Shown here in pieces: positions 42,542 through 51,677 of a stretch of DNA of 64,000 bases. How positions within the stretch are numbered: the first letter of the stretch is position 1; every line of letters starts with the position of its first letter. Below the pieces are notes generated by a model. That model was not told the origin of the DNA and made no database searches. It saw only the letters and a list, made by a program, of their open reading frames with translations. Both the position numbers and the translations under genes were made by a program. The stretch lies in NCBI GenBank assembly GCA_963737265.1, contig CAVTRY010000021.1:128001-192000 (forward strand), read 5' to 3'. Source of the DNA: an uncultured delta proteobacterium. Lineage in GTDB: Bacteria; Myxococcota_A; Polyangia; Fen-1088.

Positions 42542-43925
42542 GGTCACCAAAGGCCTCCCGTTCAATGTCTTCCATGAAAATGGCGCGCCCCACTTCACCG
42601 CGCAGGCGGCGGACCTCGCGGATGCCCATGGCGCCCAGTACTTCGATCAATTGCGAGTGCCAGGCCCCGATCAGATTCACCATGCGTTGGGCGGCATGGG
42701 CATCGTTCGCCATGTCGACCTCGGCCACGCATTCTTCCTTGTGATCTTGGGTCGTGGCCCCGCGACACACGCGGCAGCCGAGCGCCACGAGCAGCGCGGT
42801 ATCCACGGCCACCAAGTCCGCGCCGCAGATGATGGTCTTGGCCATGTGCTCGGCCAGCGCGATGCCTCCGGACACAATGAGCGTCACCGCGTCGCGCATC
42901 CCATCCTTTACGAGGTGGACATGGATCTCGCGCAAGACGTCCTTGATGTGGCGCGGGTTTTCGACGCCAACCTCGCGGCCGTGCAGATCGGCGACCAGGT
43001 GGAACACCTTCACGCCTGTTTTGCTCGCCGCAACGATGCGGTCCGCGGCCGAGCCCTGCATGGCCACGCGGAGCCCGCAGATGAGACTTGGATTCGCGGT
43101 CTTCGCTTTTGCGATCAGCGCGAGCGCCTGCGCGCCGTCCACGAATTCCGCCATGCGCACTTGGCGCAACCATGGCTCCGCGCCGCCGAGCCCCTCGCTG
43201 CCGACCAGCGGAACGAGGAACGGCATTTGGTCCGCGGGCGCGCCCGCGACGTCGGCAGCCGGCGCCACGGCGAGAGTCTTGAGTGCCTTGGCCGCAGCCA
43301 ATCGCGCCCGGGCTGACGAGTGGCCGCCGATCTCCCACGGCGGGACGTCCAAAATCAGCGGAATCGGCAAGTCGATCAGCGTGCTGGTTTCGCCCACCAA
43401 CTTGCCGTCGGCGGTGAAGGACAGGCGCATGGGCTTGCTGCCGATGTCGACGCTGGTGCTGATGTACTCGCGGCCGTGGATGCCGTCGCGGGTGGGCCGC
43501 ACGATCTCGGACATGTCGGTCCAGATCGAATCAAAACCCGGACCGCAATAGCGCCCGCAGTAGCCCGCGCCGGAAACCGGAATGCGCCCGCTGTCGGCCT
43601 GATTCCAGGTGGTCGCCATGATGTCGGGCTTCCAGTACTCGTCGCCCATGGCCAGGTACTCTGGGTTGAACGCGATGCCGAGCAGCCCCTTGGTGCAGCC
43701 TTGGACGCAGGAAAGGCAACCGCGGCATTCGTAAAGCGGGTTGACCGAGGTACTTGGATCCCGGTTGTGGGCCGCTTCCTTTTTGTAGGTGTCGTACAGG
43801 CAGCGAGGTTTCACGCAGTTGGTACAGCGCGAACAATCCTCGCGCCAGTCGATGCTGCCGAACTTGCCCACCCGCCGGAAGTGGCCCGGGGTGGCGGCTG
43901 CCTTGATGTGATACTTGTCGGGCAT
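42528..43925 (-). CDS. Degenerate glutamate synthase FMN-barrel paralog with N-terminal ferredoxin domain
   Basis: CSRCTNC, CRGCLSCVQGC; DMSEIVRPTRDGIHGRE; LIVSGG..GAD; lacks GGMSxG/TGEGG/QGAKPG. Confidence 0.8.
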   Translation of the reverse strand: MPDKYHIKAAATPGHFRRVGKFGSIDWREDCSRCTNCVKPRCLYDTYKKEAAHNRDPSTSVNPLYECRGCLSCVQGCTKGLLGIAFNPEYLAMGDEYWKPDIMATTWNQADSGRIPVSGAGYCGRYCGPGFDSIWTDMSEIVRPTRDGIHGREYISTSVDIGSKPMRLSFTADGKLVGETSTLIDLPIPLILDVPPWEIGGHSSARARLAAAKALKTLAVAPAADVAGAPADQMPFLVPLVGSEGLGGAEPWLRQVRMAEFVDGAQALALIAKAKTANPSLICGLRVAMQGSAADRIVAASKTGVKVFHLVADLHGREVGVENPRHIKDVLREIHVHLVKDGMRDAVTLIVSGGIALAEHMAKTIICGADLVAVDTALLVALGCRVCRGATTQDHKEECVAEVDMANDAHAAQRMVNLIGAWHSQLIEVLGAMGIREVRRLRGEVGRAIFMEDIEREAFGDLVCK

Positions 43926-43942
43926 GGGCGGTTGCGGCCGAC

Positions 43943-44842
43943 TTACGCCAGGCGCGCCTCCTCGATGATGCGCGGAACGAGTGATTCGCAGCCGTCGCTG
44001 AGGATGTGAATGCCGCGCACGCCGGCGATGGCCTTCGCCTTGCCGGCGATCTCGGCGACGATGGCGATGCCTTCCTTGGCGACATCGCTGGCCTTGCGCA
44101 AGCGAGCGAGGACCTCGTCGCCAATCGGCGCGAAGCCAGAGCGGGCCTTGAGGAATTCCGCCTGGGCGACGCTGGTCAAGGGCAGCACGCTGGCGAGGAT
44201 GGCGGCTTTCCTGTCTAGCCCGGCCGCGCGCACCGCTTGCATCCATTGCTCGAACCCGGCGATGTCGAAGATGGGGTCGGTGAAGAGCACCTGGGCGCCC
44301 GCAACCAGCTTCTTTTTGAGCTGGAGGACGGCCAGCTCGATCGGGCGCAGATAGGGGTGAACCGCAACTGCAATACTGAAATCGGGTGTGGCTGGCAGCT
44401 TGTTCCCGTCGAAATCCACGCCTTGGGCGGCCATCTTGGACAACGCTTGGCAAAGCTGGGTTGAATCGATGTCGCAAGCGCCGGCCGCTTGCGGAGAGGC
44501 TCCGAGCGATTGATGGGCACCGGTCAGGCACAGAAAACTCTTGATGCCGAGAGCGGACGCCCCCAGCACGTCCGACTCGAGCGCGATTCGGTTGCGGTCG
44601 CGCGTGATCAGCGAAAGCATGGGCTGGATCTTCTCGGCGGCGAGCAAGGCCGCGCACGCCAGCGCCGACCCGCGCACCTTGCCGGGGTTGTCCGCGACCA
44701 CGACACCGTCAAGAACCGCGGGGAAGTAAGCAGCGAGCTTCTTCACAGAAGCGGCATCGGTCCCATGGGGTGGCAAACAGGCTGCTGTGAGTGCCGGCTT
44801 TCCGCCGCCCAGTTTCTCGGCCAATTGGGTCGCTGCTGTCAT
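43943..44842 (-). CDS. metF: MetF-like (MTHFR fold) protein with altered catalytic residues
   Basis: PP.GTD, DN, RDRNRIAL.SD.LGA, LCLTG, KK..AGA, GIHI; E, D and Q active-site positions substituted. Confidence 0.8.
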   Translation of the reverse strand: MTAATQLAEKLGGGKPALTAACLPPHGTDAASVKKLAAYFPAVLDGVVVADNPGKVRGSALACAALLAAEKIQPMLSLITRDRNRIALESDVLGASALGIKSFLCLTGAHQSLGASPQAAGACDIDSTQLCQALSKMAAQGVDFDGNKLPATPDFSIAVAVHPYLRPIELAVLQLKKKLVAGAQVLFTDPIFDIAGFEQWMQAVRAAGLDRKAAILASVLPLTSVAQAEFLKARSGFAPIGDEVLARLRKASDVAKEGIAIVAEIAGKAKAIAGVRGIHILSDGCESLVPRIIEEARLA

Positions 44843-44889
44843 CGCTGTCGTCCTCGTCGTCCTTGTCGTCCAGTTCGTAAAGGAGATTC

Positions 44890-45462
44890 CTAGGGCATGG
44901 CGCCCGTGCGCATCGGATTGGCGGAAATCGTTGCCAGGCGGGCCACAAACGCGTCACGGACCTCAGCGACTTTGCGCGTCACCGCCGTATCGAGAACTGC
45001 GGCCGTCGCGCTGTCTGAGCCTGCACCCAAGGTCATGTCCCGCGCGGCCGAGCCCGGCAGGTGGAAGATCATCAAGCGATTCGCGCCCAGGCCGATTTGG
45101 TTGAGCAATCCGTTCACATGATCGAGTCGGCGGAGGCACCGCCGATTGCCTTCGAGGTGATGGCAATCGCCTTCCTCGCAGCACACCACCCCGATGGCGT
45201 CGGCGCCGTCCTCGAAGGCCTTGAGAAAATGTTCCGGCTGCAAGCGGCCCGCACAGGGCACGACGACTTCGTTGACGGGAATCGGCCAGTTGAAATCGGG
45301 CGTGGACGGGCGCCGCCGAACCCCCGAGGTGGGCTCCAGCCCAGGCCGCGCGCAGTTTTCGCAGATGAAGGCAACGACCGCCGGGGCGCCCGAACGCTGA
45401 ACGGTCGCTGCGACACTTTGCCCCGGGATCGCTTGCGTGCTTGCGGCCCTGATGTCACTCAT
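44890..45462 (-). CDS. mvhD: Divergent MvhD-like Fe-S subunit
   Basis: AFICENC, VPCAGRL, FEDGAD, CC..GDCHHLEGN. Confidence 0.82.
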   Translation of the reverse strand: MSDIRAASTQAIPGQSVAATVQRSGAPAVVAFICENCARPGLEPTSGVRRRPSTPDFNWPIPVNEVVVPCAGRLQPEHFLKAFEDGADAIGVVCCEEGDCHHLEGNRRCLRRLDHVNGLLNQIGLGANRLMIFHLPGSAARDMTLGAGSDSATAAVLDTAVTRKVAEVRDAFVARLATISANPMRTGAMP

Positions 45463-45710
45463 GCGTCAAGCCCCCTTCAAGCTGCGTCGCCTCCATGCAC
45501 GAGTTGCTTCGCGACTTCTTTCTCGGCTGGTCTTGCTTGAACATCTTCGAACATCTTTGCGAAAGCCACAGCACAAAAGCTGGAGGGAACCGTACCCGGA
45601 ACACCTACCGCTTGTCTACTGCGGAGGCTCCTTTTCAGCTATTTTCACCGTCGAATCAACGGTAAATCGACGGCATTACGGATTACAGGGTGCGAAATAT
45701 CTCCGCGGAA

Positions 45711-48050
45711 CTATTTCACGAAGATGCTGGGGACGGGCGGAGCCGCCATGTTGGGGCTGATGCGGAAGCCCGTGTGCGGCGGCTGGTTGTAGGCCGAGTT
45801 CTCGAACGCCACTTGGGCACGGTACGTAGGATCGTGCATAAGCGTGTAGATTCGGCGCTTGGTTACAGCCGTTGTCGTGTACACGAGCAAGGCCGAGTTG
45901 TCCGCCTTGCGCAGAACCAGCTCCTCGCGCCAATCGCCGAGCAGATCTGCGGTCAGCGTTGGGGTCGACTTGGTGCCGTTGTTCGATGCGCACCCGGCCG
46001 CGTCCAGCAAGGTGCCGCCGCCGACCTTGGTGATCGACGTGTCGTTTTCGAGCTCGCGCCATTCGTCGGCATCCCAGTAAATGAGGAAGTTGCTCCCGGC
46101 GTTGGGGGCGCCGCTGGCGCCGCTGGCGCAGTTGACGCTACCAACGCCGCTCGAGCAGGATGCGGCAGTCTCGTCTCCGGCACCGACGTATTCGGCAACG
46201 CCGCGGCCGTTGTCCCCGCCTCCCGTAACGTTGAAGTAGGACGTGCACGTGGCGGCGTCGTGACAGTCGTGCCCCCCTAGGCTCTCGTGAACCGAGAACA
46301 CGGAGATCCCCTTGCCAGCGACGAGCTCGCCTACGTGCAGAGCGTCGCCATGGCCAGTTCCGGCGAGGCACTTGAGGGTTCCTCCGCTGTCGACGGTGGT
46401 TGCGCCAAGGATGATCTCCTGTCCACCATCGCCGTCGGTGTCAGCCGCCATGGCCGAGTGGTCGCCACAGCCGATGACTGCACCGCTGCTGCTCGTGCAA
46501 CTGGGGTGATCGAAAATCCAGTTCTGCGCCAACACCCCGTTCCGGAAGGTCAATGAAGAAACCGTCGTACGCGTGTAGTAACCACGCTGCGTGATGATGC
46601 TCGGCAACCCCGTCGCCACGCCTTTTTCCTTCACGAACGCTACTCCTCCGTTGAAGCGGTCCACCCGGTTGCCGTAGCCGTCGCCCCAGGCCGAGACGCT
46701 GCCGCGGGGCACTGGATAGTTGATGGTCGCCAGTTCCTTGCCATCCGTTCCGCGGAACACCGTGATCCATTCAGGACCGGCGAGGATGTAGCCGGCGGCA
46801 TTACGATAGATCGCGGAGTTGTCGGCGCCGGCGGCAACGCCCGTGCTGAGATAGTTGCCCAAGCCATCCTTGGTCCCCGGCGCCGTTTTTACGGCCAATT
46901 CCGCCTTGCCGTCGCCATCGAAGTCGTACACCGACAGCTGCGTGTAGTGCGCCCCGGCGCGAATGTTCGGTCCCAAGTCGATGCGCCACAGACGCTTCCC
47001 GGCCAACGTATAGCCGTCGATATAGACGTCGCTGGTCACGCCCGATTGGGAATTATCCTTCGCATCCGAAGGATCCCACTTCAGCACGATGTCGAGTTTG
47101 CCGTCGCCGTCGAGATCCCCCGGTGCGCCATCGTTGGCGTTGTAAGTCGCGCTACCGGTCGGTGGCGTCAGCGGGATGCTGATGTAGTTCTGCGCCAAGG
47201 GCGTCGCCGCAGGAGACTGCGTTCCTTCGAGGCCTTTGATGATGGGTGTTACGGTGTAACTCGACGTGGCCTTGCCGGCGGCATCCAAGTAGTTGGTGCT
47301 GTCGGTGACGTTCACGAGCTTCGTTCCATCCCTATAAAGGTTGTACGAAACGTTCGTGGCGGTGGTGTCGTATTCGTAGCCCATCATGCGCCAACCCACA
47401 TAGACGCCGCCGCTGACCACCACCGCGACCACGCCGCGATCCAGATTCTCCATCTGATAGTGTCCGGTTCCCGAGCTTCCCCCCTTCGCCGGCGCTCCAC
47501 CTGTCGCAGTCGTGGTACCGCCCGTGACTGCCACACCACCGGTGCTGCTGCCGCTGATACCGCCGGTTCCGCTCGCGGTGCCGCCGCCGGTTCCGCCAGT
47601 CGTGCTGCCGCCGTTGCTCGTCGTGGCTCCACCGCCGATACCAACCGTGCTGCCGCCCTTGGCGCTCGTAGCTCCGCCGGTGCTATTCGTGGCGCCGCCG
47701 TTCTCGGTCACGAGGCTGCCGCCGTTACTCGTCGCCGCACCGCCGTTCGCCGCGACAACACTGCCGCCGAAACTGGTGCTGGCTCCGCCCGTGGCTTGTC
47801 CGCCCGAGCTGGTGGAGCCGCCGGATGTCGCGCCGCCGCCTCCGGCCACTTTGCCGCCGCTTGCATTTGAGCGCGCTCCTTGCCCACCATTGCACGCTGG
47901 GAGAATCATTCCCACGCTGGCCGTGCACAAGAATGCAAGAATTCGCTCTGCTCGACGCTGTTTTGCATGCTCTTGCTGCATACGTTCACTCAATGTTCCG
48001 AGCCCTTGATCGAGGTTCGCTGGCGCGGTGGTCTTTGCCACCGTCAGCAT
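45711..48050 (-). CDS. Rhamnogalacturonan lyase (PL11, YesW/YesX-like), probable lipoprotein with Gly/Thr linker
   Basis: QMENLDRGVVAV, LGPNIRAGAHYT, WGDGYGNRVDRF, RGYYTR, HGDALH, LGDWREE, YNQPPH; start may be 47981. Confidence 0.92.
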   Translation of the reverse strand: MLTVAKTTAPANLDQGLGTLSERMQQEHAKQRRAERILAFLCTASVGMILPACNGGQGARSNASGGKVAGGGGATSGGSTSSGGQATGGASTSFGGSVVAANGGAATSNGGSLVTENGGATNSTGGATSAKGGSTVGIGGGATTSNGGSTTGGTGGGTASGTGGISGSSTGGVAVTGGTTTATGGAPAKGGSSGTGHYQMENLDRGVVAVVVSGGVYVGWRMMGYEYDTTATNVSYNLYRDGTKLVNVTDSTNYLDAAGKATSSYTVTPIIKGLEGTQSPAATPLAQNYISIPLTPPTGSATYNANDGAPGDLDGDGKLDIVLKWDPSDAKDNSQSGVTSDVYIDGYTLAGKRLWRIDLGPNIRAGAHYTQLSVYDFDGDGKAELAVKTAPGTKDGLGNYLSTGVAAGADNSAIYRNAAGYILAGPEWITVFRGTDGKELATINYPVPRGSVSAWGDGYGNRVDRFNGGVAFVKEKGVATGLPSIITQRGYYTRTTVSSLTFRNGVLAQNWIFDHPSCTSSSGAVIGCGDHSAMAADTDGDGGQEIILGATTVDSGGTLKCLAGTGHGDALHVGELVAGKGISVFSVHESLGGHDCHDAATCTSYFNVTGGGDNGRGVAEYVGAGDETAASCSSGVGSVNCASGASGAPNAGSNFLIYWDADEWRELENDTSITKVGGGTLLDAAGCASNNGTKSTPTLTADLLGDWREELVLRKADNSALLVYTTTAVTKRRIYTLMHDPTYRAQVAFENSAYNQPPHTGFRISPNMAAPPVPSIFVK

Positions 48051-48103
48051 CTCACAGTATTACCCCATAGTTAGGTATTCGAGCCGCGAAATCTTGATTT
48101 ACG

Positions 48104-48853
48104 TCAGGCGCGAAGGTGCGGGTCAGCACCCAAATTGCGTTCGACAGCGGAGAGCGCGGCGAAGATCGTCCGTTCGTCCGCGGCACCCAGCACTCCCCTG
48201 AATGCGTCGGACGAGGCAGACATCTGGGCCAACTTCGACAACCATGGCAAGTAGAGCTCGTCGTATTTGAGGCCGAGCACAAAGAAGAGATGGGTCGGCT
48301 TTCCATCGAGCGCATCGAAGTCGACGCCGTCGCGCGACCGCCCAAGCACCATGAAGGGCCGCACCACCTGCTGGGGATTGCGGCGCACGGTGTGAAGAAA
48401 CGCCACGCCGTTGCCCATCGCACTCGGCATGATGTTCTCACGCTCGACGAGCGCGCCGACGAACCAGGTCTTGTCGCGCACCAACCCGAGGCGGGTGGCG
48501 AGTCCGGCTAGCTCCTCGACCACAGCGGTCTTCTTCTTGGCGTGCAATTCCGGGATGATGTGCTCAGGCTGGAAGCAGCTTTCGAGTGCCAGCATTTCCC
48601 GCGCAGAAGCATCCTTGCTGCGTGCGACGTCGTGCTCGTCAACCAGGCGTGGCGTCACCCCCAGCATCTGGTCGTCCAACCAGGTGTCGATCATGGCCTT
48701 GCGAAAACGCCACTGGTTGCCGATCTTGACGCCCGGCAGGGCGCCGTCTGTGACCAGTTTCAGAACGGTCCGTTCGTTCAGATTTAGATAGACGGCCATC
48801 TGCTTGATGGTCATCAACTGGTCGTCGCTTTCTCGTGCCCCGCCAGACTTCAC
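48104..48853 (-). CDS. Excisionase-like HTH + PTS EIIA (PtsN-like) protein
   Basis: MTIKQMAVYL..LPGVKIGNQWRF; ERE..SAMGNGVAFLH; FDALDGKPTHLFF; AAGGAGG RBS before GTG. Confidence 0.88.
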   Translation of the reverse strand: MKSGGARESDDQLMTIKQMAVYLNLNERTVLKLVTDGALPGVKIGNQWRFRKAMIDTWLDDQMLGVTPRLVDEHDVARSKDASAREMLALESCFQPEHIIPELHAKKKTAVVEELAGLATRLGLVRDKTWFVGALVERENIMPSAMGNGVAFLHTVRRNPQQVVRPFMVLGRSRDGVDFDALDGKPTHLFFVLGLKYDELYLPWLSKLAQMSASSDAFRGVLGAADERTIFAALSAVERNLGADPHLRA

Positions 48854-48871
48854 GCGATGGCTCCTCCTTAC

Positions 48872-48899
48872 TTGACAGGTCGGAAACAATACGTAGACT
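48872..48899 (+). promoter_or_regulatory. Sigma70 promoter for the PTS IIA-ehr operon
   Basis: TTGACA-N16-TAGACT in the divergent intergenic region. Confidence 0.55.
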
Positions 48900-48987
48900 T
48901 ACGTCGGAATTCAAGGAAGTACATTCGTATGCATCCATTTACCAGTCTGGGCGACGCAGAATTTGCTCGCGATTTTCACGGCGCGCG

Positions 48988-49668
48988 ATGCAGTTGACGG
49001 TCGCGGACGCGGCGGCGCTGTTGCGCACGCCAGAGAAGCAAATCTATCGGTGGATCGACGGGGGCGAGCTAGCTTGCAACTGGTTCCACGATCAGCCCAG
49101 GTTCAATCGCACCGAGCTTCTGGAATGGGCGACCGCGCGGCGAATGCCCGTCGCCATCGAACAGTTCATCGACGACGAAGACGAATCTCCTCCGAGCTTC
49201 GTTGAAAGCTTGTCCGCGGGAGGCATTCACCGCCAGATTGGCGGCGCGGATCGCAAGGCCGTGCTTCGTGCCGTGGTAGGCGTGGTGCAGCTTCCAAGCG
49301 GCGACCAAGAGACCCTGCTGCAAGTCTTGCTGGCGCGCGAGGCGGCGGGAACGACGGGCATCGGCGAGGGCATCGCCATCCCGCACGTGCGGCATCCGAT
49401 TGTCATGGGTGGAATGCGGTCCTGTATCTCGCTGTGCTTTCTGGAAAAGCCGGTGGACTTCCACGCCGTCGATGGCGGCCTCGTTCACACGCTTTTTCTG
49501 ATGATCAGCGCCACGGTTCGCGGCCACTTGCAAAGTCTCGCCCAATTGAGCTCGACGCTGCGGGATCCGGGCTTCAAGGACGCGGTTCTTCGCCGCGCAT
49601 CGACGGACGACATTTTGCGCGAGGCCGCCCGCGTGGAAACCGCCTTTCCGCGCCCGGCGCGCCGCTGA
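48988..49668 (+). CDS. Excisionase-like HTH + PTS EIIA (PtsN-like) protein
   Basis: MQLTVADAAALL..IYRWI; ARE..GTTGIGEGIAIPH. Confidence 0.9.
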   Translation: MQLTVADAAALLRTPEKQIYRWIDGGELACNWFHDQPRFNRTELLEWATARRMPVAIEQFIDDEDESPPSFVESLSAGGIHRQIGGADRKAVLRAVVGVVQLPSGDQETLLQVLLAREAAGTTGIGEGIAIPHVRHPIVMGGMRSCISLCFLEKPVDFHAVDGGLVHTLFLMISATVRGHLQSLAQLSSTLRDPGFKDAVLRRASTDDILREAARVETAFPRPARR

Positions 49669-49670
49669 CC

Positions 49671-51677
49671 ATGGTCTGGCTGCTCACCGCGATTGCGCTC
49701 CTCGTGGCGAGCGGCATCCTGGCGTTTCTCGCCTCCCGACGGCCACCCTTGAGCACGGCCATTGCGACGACCGGAGCCGTCGTCGCGTGTGCGCTTGGCC
49801 TGGTTCCCGCCGTTTCCGTGCTGCGCTGCCAAGGAGCGCTTGCGTGGCACATTTCATGGCCCTCGCCGACCGGTGATCTTCTTCTGGGTCTGGATTCGCT
49901 GTCGGCGTTTTTTCTGGCGCCGCTGTTTATGCTAGGGGCTTTGGCGGCCGTCTACGGCCGCAGATATATGCTTGCATTCAGTGGACATAAACGGCTCGGA
50001 CCGCCCACGTGCCTTTTCAATATTCTCTTGGCCGCCATGGTCGTGGTCGTGTTGGCTCGTGGCATGGTGCTCTTTCTGGTGGCGTGGGAAGTGATGACCT
50101 TGTGCTCGTACTTGCTGGTCACCTTCGATCATCAAGACCAGGGAGCGCGAAGAGCCGGGTGGGTGTATCTCGTGGCCGCGCACGTTGGCGAGGCGTGCCT
50201 CATCGCGATGACCCTGCTGCTCGGGCAGAAAGCAGGTGGGCTGGGCTTCGAGAATTTTCGCGCCATGCCGGCAGGCAGCGCAGGCTTTGGTGCGCTCATC
50301 TTTGCCTTGGCGACCGTCGGATTTGGCATCAAGGCCGGATTCCTTCCCTTTCACGTTTGGCTGCCCGAGGCGCACGCGGCCGCACCGTCGCATGTTTCGG
50401 CATTGATGTCGGGTGTCATGATCAAGCTGGGACTCTACGGACTTCTGCGCGTGACGACCTTCCTGCCGCCAGCGTCGTGGTGGGGACCGGCCTTGATGGC
50501 CCTCGGCCTCGGCGGAGCGCTGTGGGGGATCTCGTTGGCGCTTTGCCAACGCGACCTCAAGCGCGTGCTCGCCTACTCCAGCATCGAAAACATGGGGATC
50601 ATCACGCTTGGGCTTGGCCTCGCCTTCTGGCGCGCCAGCCGCGGCGACGTCGTGCTCGCCGGGCTCGCCGCCTGCGGAGCCCTGCTGCACGTGTGGAACC
50701 ACATGCTCATGAAGGGCCTGATGTTCTTCTCGGCCGGCAGCGTGCTCCACGGTGGCGGAAGCAAAGATATGGAACAGTTGGGGGGTCTGATGAAACCCAT
50801 GCCTCGCACCGGGACGGCCATGGTGATTGGAGCGGTGGCCATCGCTGGGTTGCCACCCCTCAATGGCTTTGTCAGCGAGTGGCTGATCTACTTCGGCCTG
50901 ATGGGTTCGTCGCGTGGCGGCGCAGCCAGCGTCGCGGCGCTGCTGGCCACCGGTCTCGTCGCCTTCGTTGGAGCCTTGGCCGCCCTGTGCTTCGTGCGCC
51001 TTGTTGGGGTGGTCTGCCTGGGCGAAAGACGTAGCACCACGGCCCATAAGGCACACGAGTCGCCCATTGGAATGACTGGCCCGATGGGACTGCTTGTTCT
51101 GGGCATTGTGGGACTGTCGATTTTCCCACAAGTGATGTTACAGGTATTTTCCCGTGTATTGCACCAACTATTCGGCCCGGCCGTGGCCGAACAATTGCGG
51201 CGGGTGCAATCATCGGTGGCTCGCCTGGGAATGGTCAACGCCGCCCTGCTGGCTGGCCTTGGCGCGGCCGCGGGGCTGTGGGTGCTGCTCCGGCGTACGC
51301 GCACGCCGTCGGTCGAGCCGATTGCGTCGATTGAAACTTGGGGTTGTGGCTACGCCGCCCCCACGGCGCGCATGCAGTACACGGCGCGATCCTTTTCGGA
51401 GTTGGTTTGCGACCGGCTCTTTCCCTCCTACCTGCGCGCTGTGACCGCGAAGAAAATGCCCACGGCTGCGTTTCCGTCGCCGGGGGCATTTTCGAGCCAA
51501 CACAAGGATCCGCTTACCCGCACTGTCTACGAACCGTTCTTCCTGCGCTGGGCGGACCGTTTCGCACGCTTGCGCTGGGTCCAACAGGGCGCCCTCCACA
51601 TTTACCTGCTGTATATCTTCGTCGTGGCCGTGGTGGCACTCGCATGGGTGTCATGGAGCACGTGGATGGCTTCATGA
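49671..51677 (+). CDS. hyfB: HyfB/NuoL-like antiporter subunit (EhrA-like 1)
   Basis: AWEVM, GFGIKAG..PFHVWLPEAHAAAPSHVSALMSG, LAYSSIEN, TWGCGY. Confidence 0.88.
   Translation: MVWLLTAIALLVASGILAFLASRRPPLSTAIATTGAVVACALGLVPAVSVLRCQGALAWHISWPSPTGDLLLGLDSLSAFFLAPLFMLGALAAVYGRRYMLAFSGHKRLGPPTCLFNILLAAMVVVVLARGMVLFLVAWEVMTLCSYLLVTFDHQDQGARRAGWVYLVAAHVGEACLIAMTLLLGQKAGGLGFENFRAMPAGSAGFGALIFALATVGFGIKAGFLPFHVWLPEAHAAAPSHVSALMSGVMIKLGLYGLLRVTTFLPPASWWGPALMALGLGGALWGISLALCQRDLKRVLAYSSIENMGIITLGLGLAFWRASRGDVVLAGLAACGALLHVWNHMLMKGLMFFSAGSVLHGGGSKDMEQLGGLMKPMPRTGTAMVIGAVAIAGLPPLNGFVSEWLIYFGLMGSSRGGAASVAALLATGLVAFVGALAALCFVRLVGVVCLGERRSTTAHKAHESPIGMTGPMGLLVLGIVGLSIFPQVMLQVFSRVLHQLFGPAVAEQLRRVQSSVARLGMVNAALLAGLGAAAGLWVLLRRTRTPSVEPIASIETWGCGYAAPTARMQYTARSFSELVCDRLFPSYLRAVTAKKMPTAAFPSPGAFSSQHKDPLTRTVYEPFFLRWADRFARLRWVQQGALHIYLLYIFVVAVVALAWVSWSTWMAS

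Noticed and set aside
44843-44892. GACGAC-rich stretch that could be an acidic tail of the upstream MvhD
   Set aside because: Would need both a stop reversion and an indel; unsupported without homologues
47470-47860. Gly/Thr/Ser low-complexity repeats, also at 24960-25400
   Set aside because: Ordinary flexible linkers of exported lipoproteins
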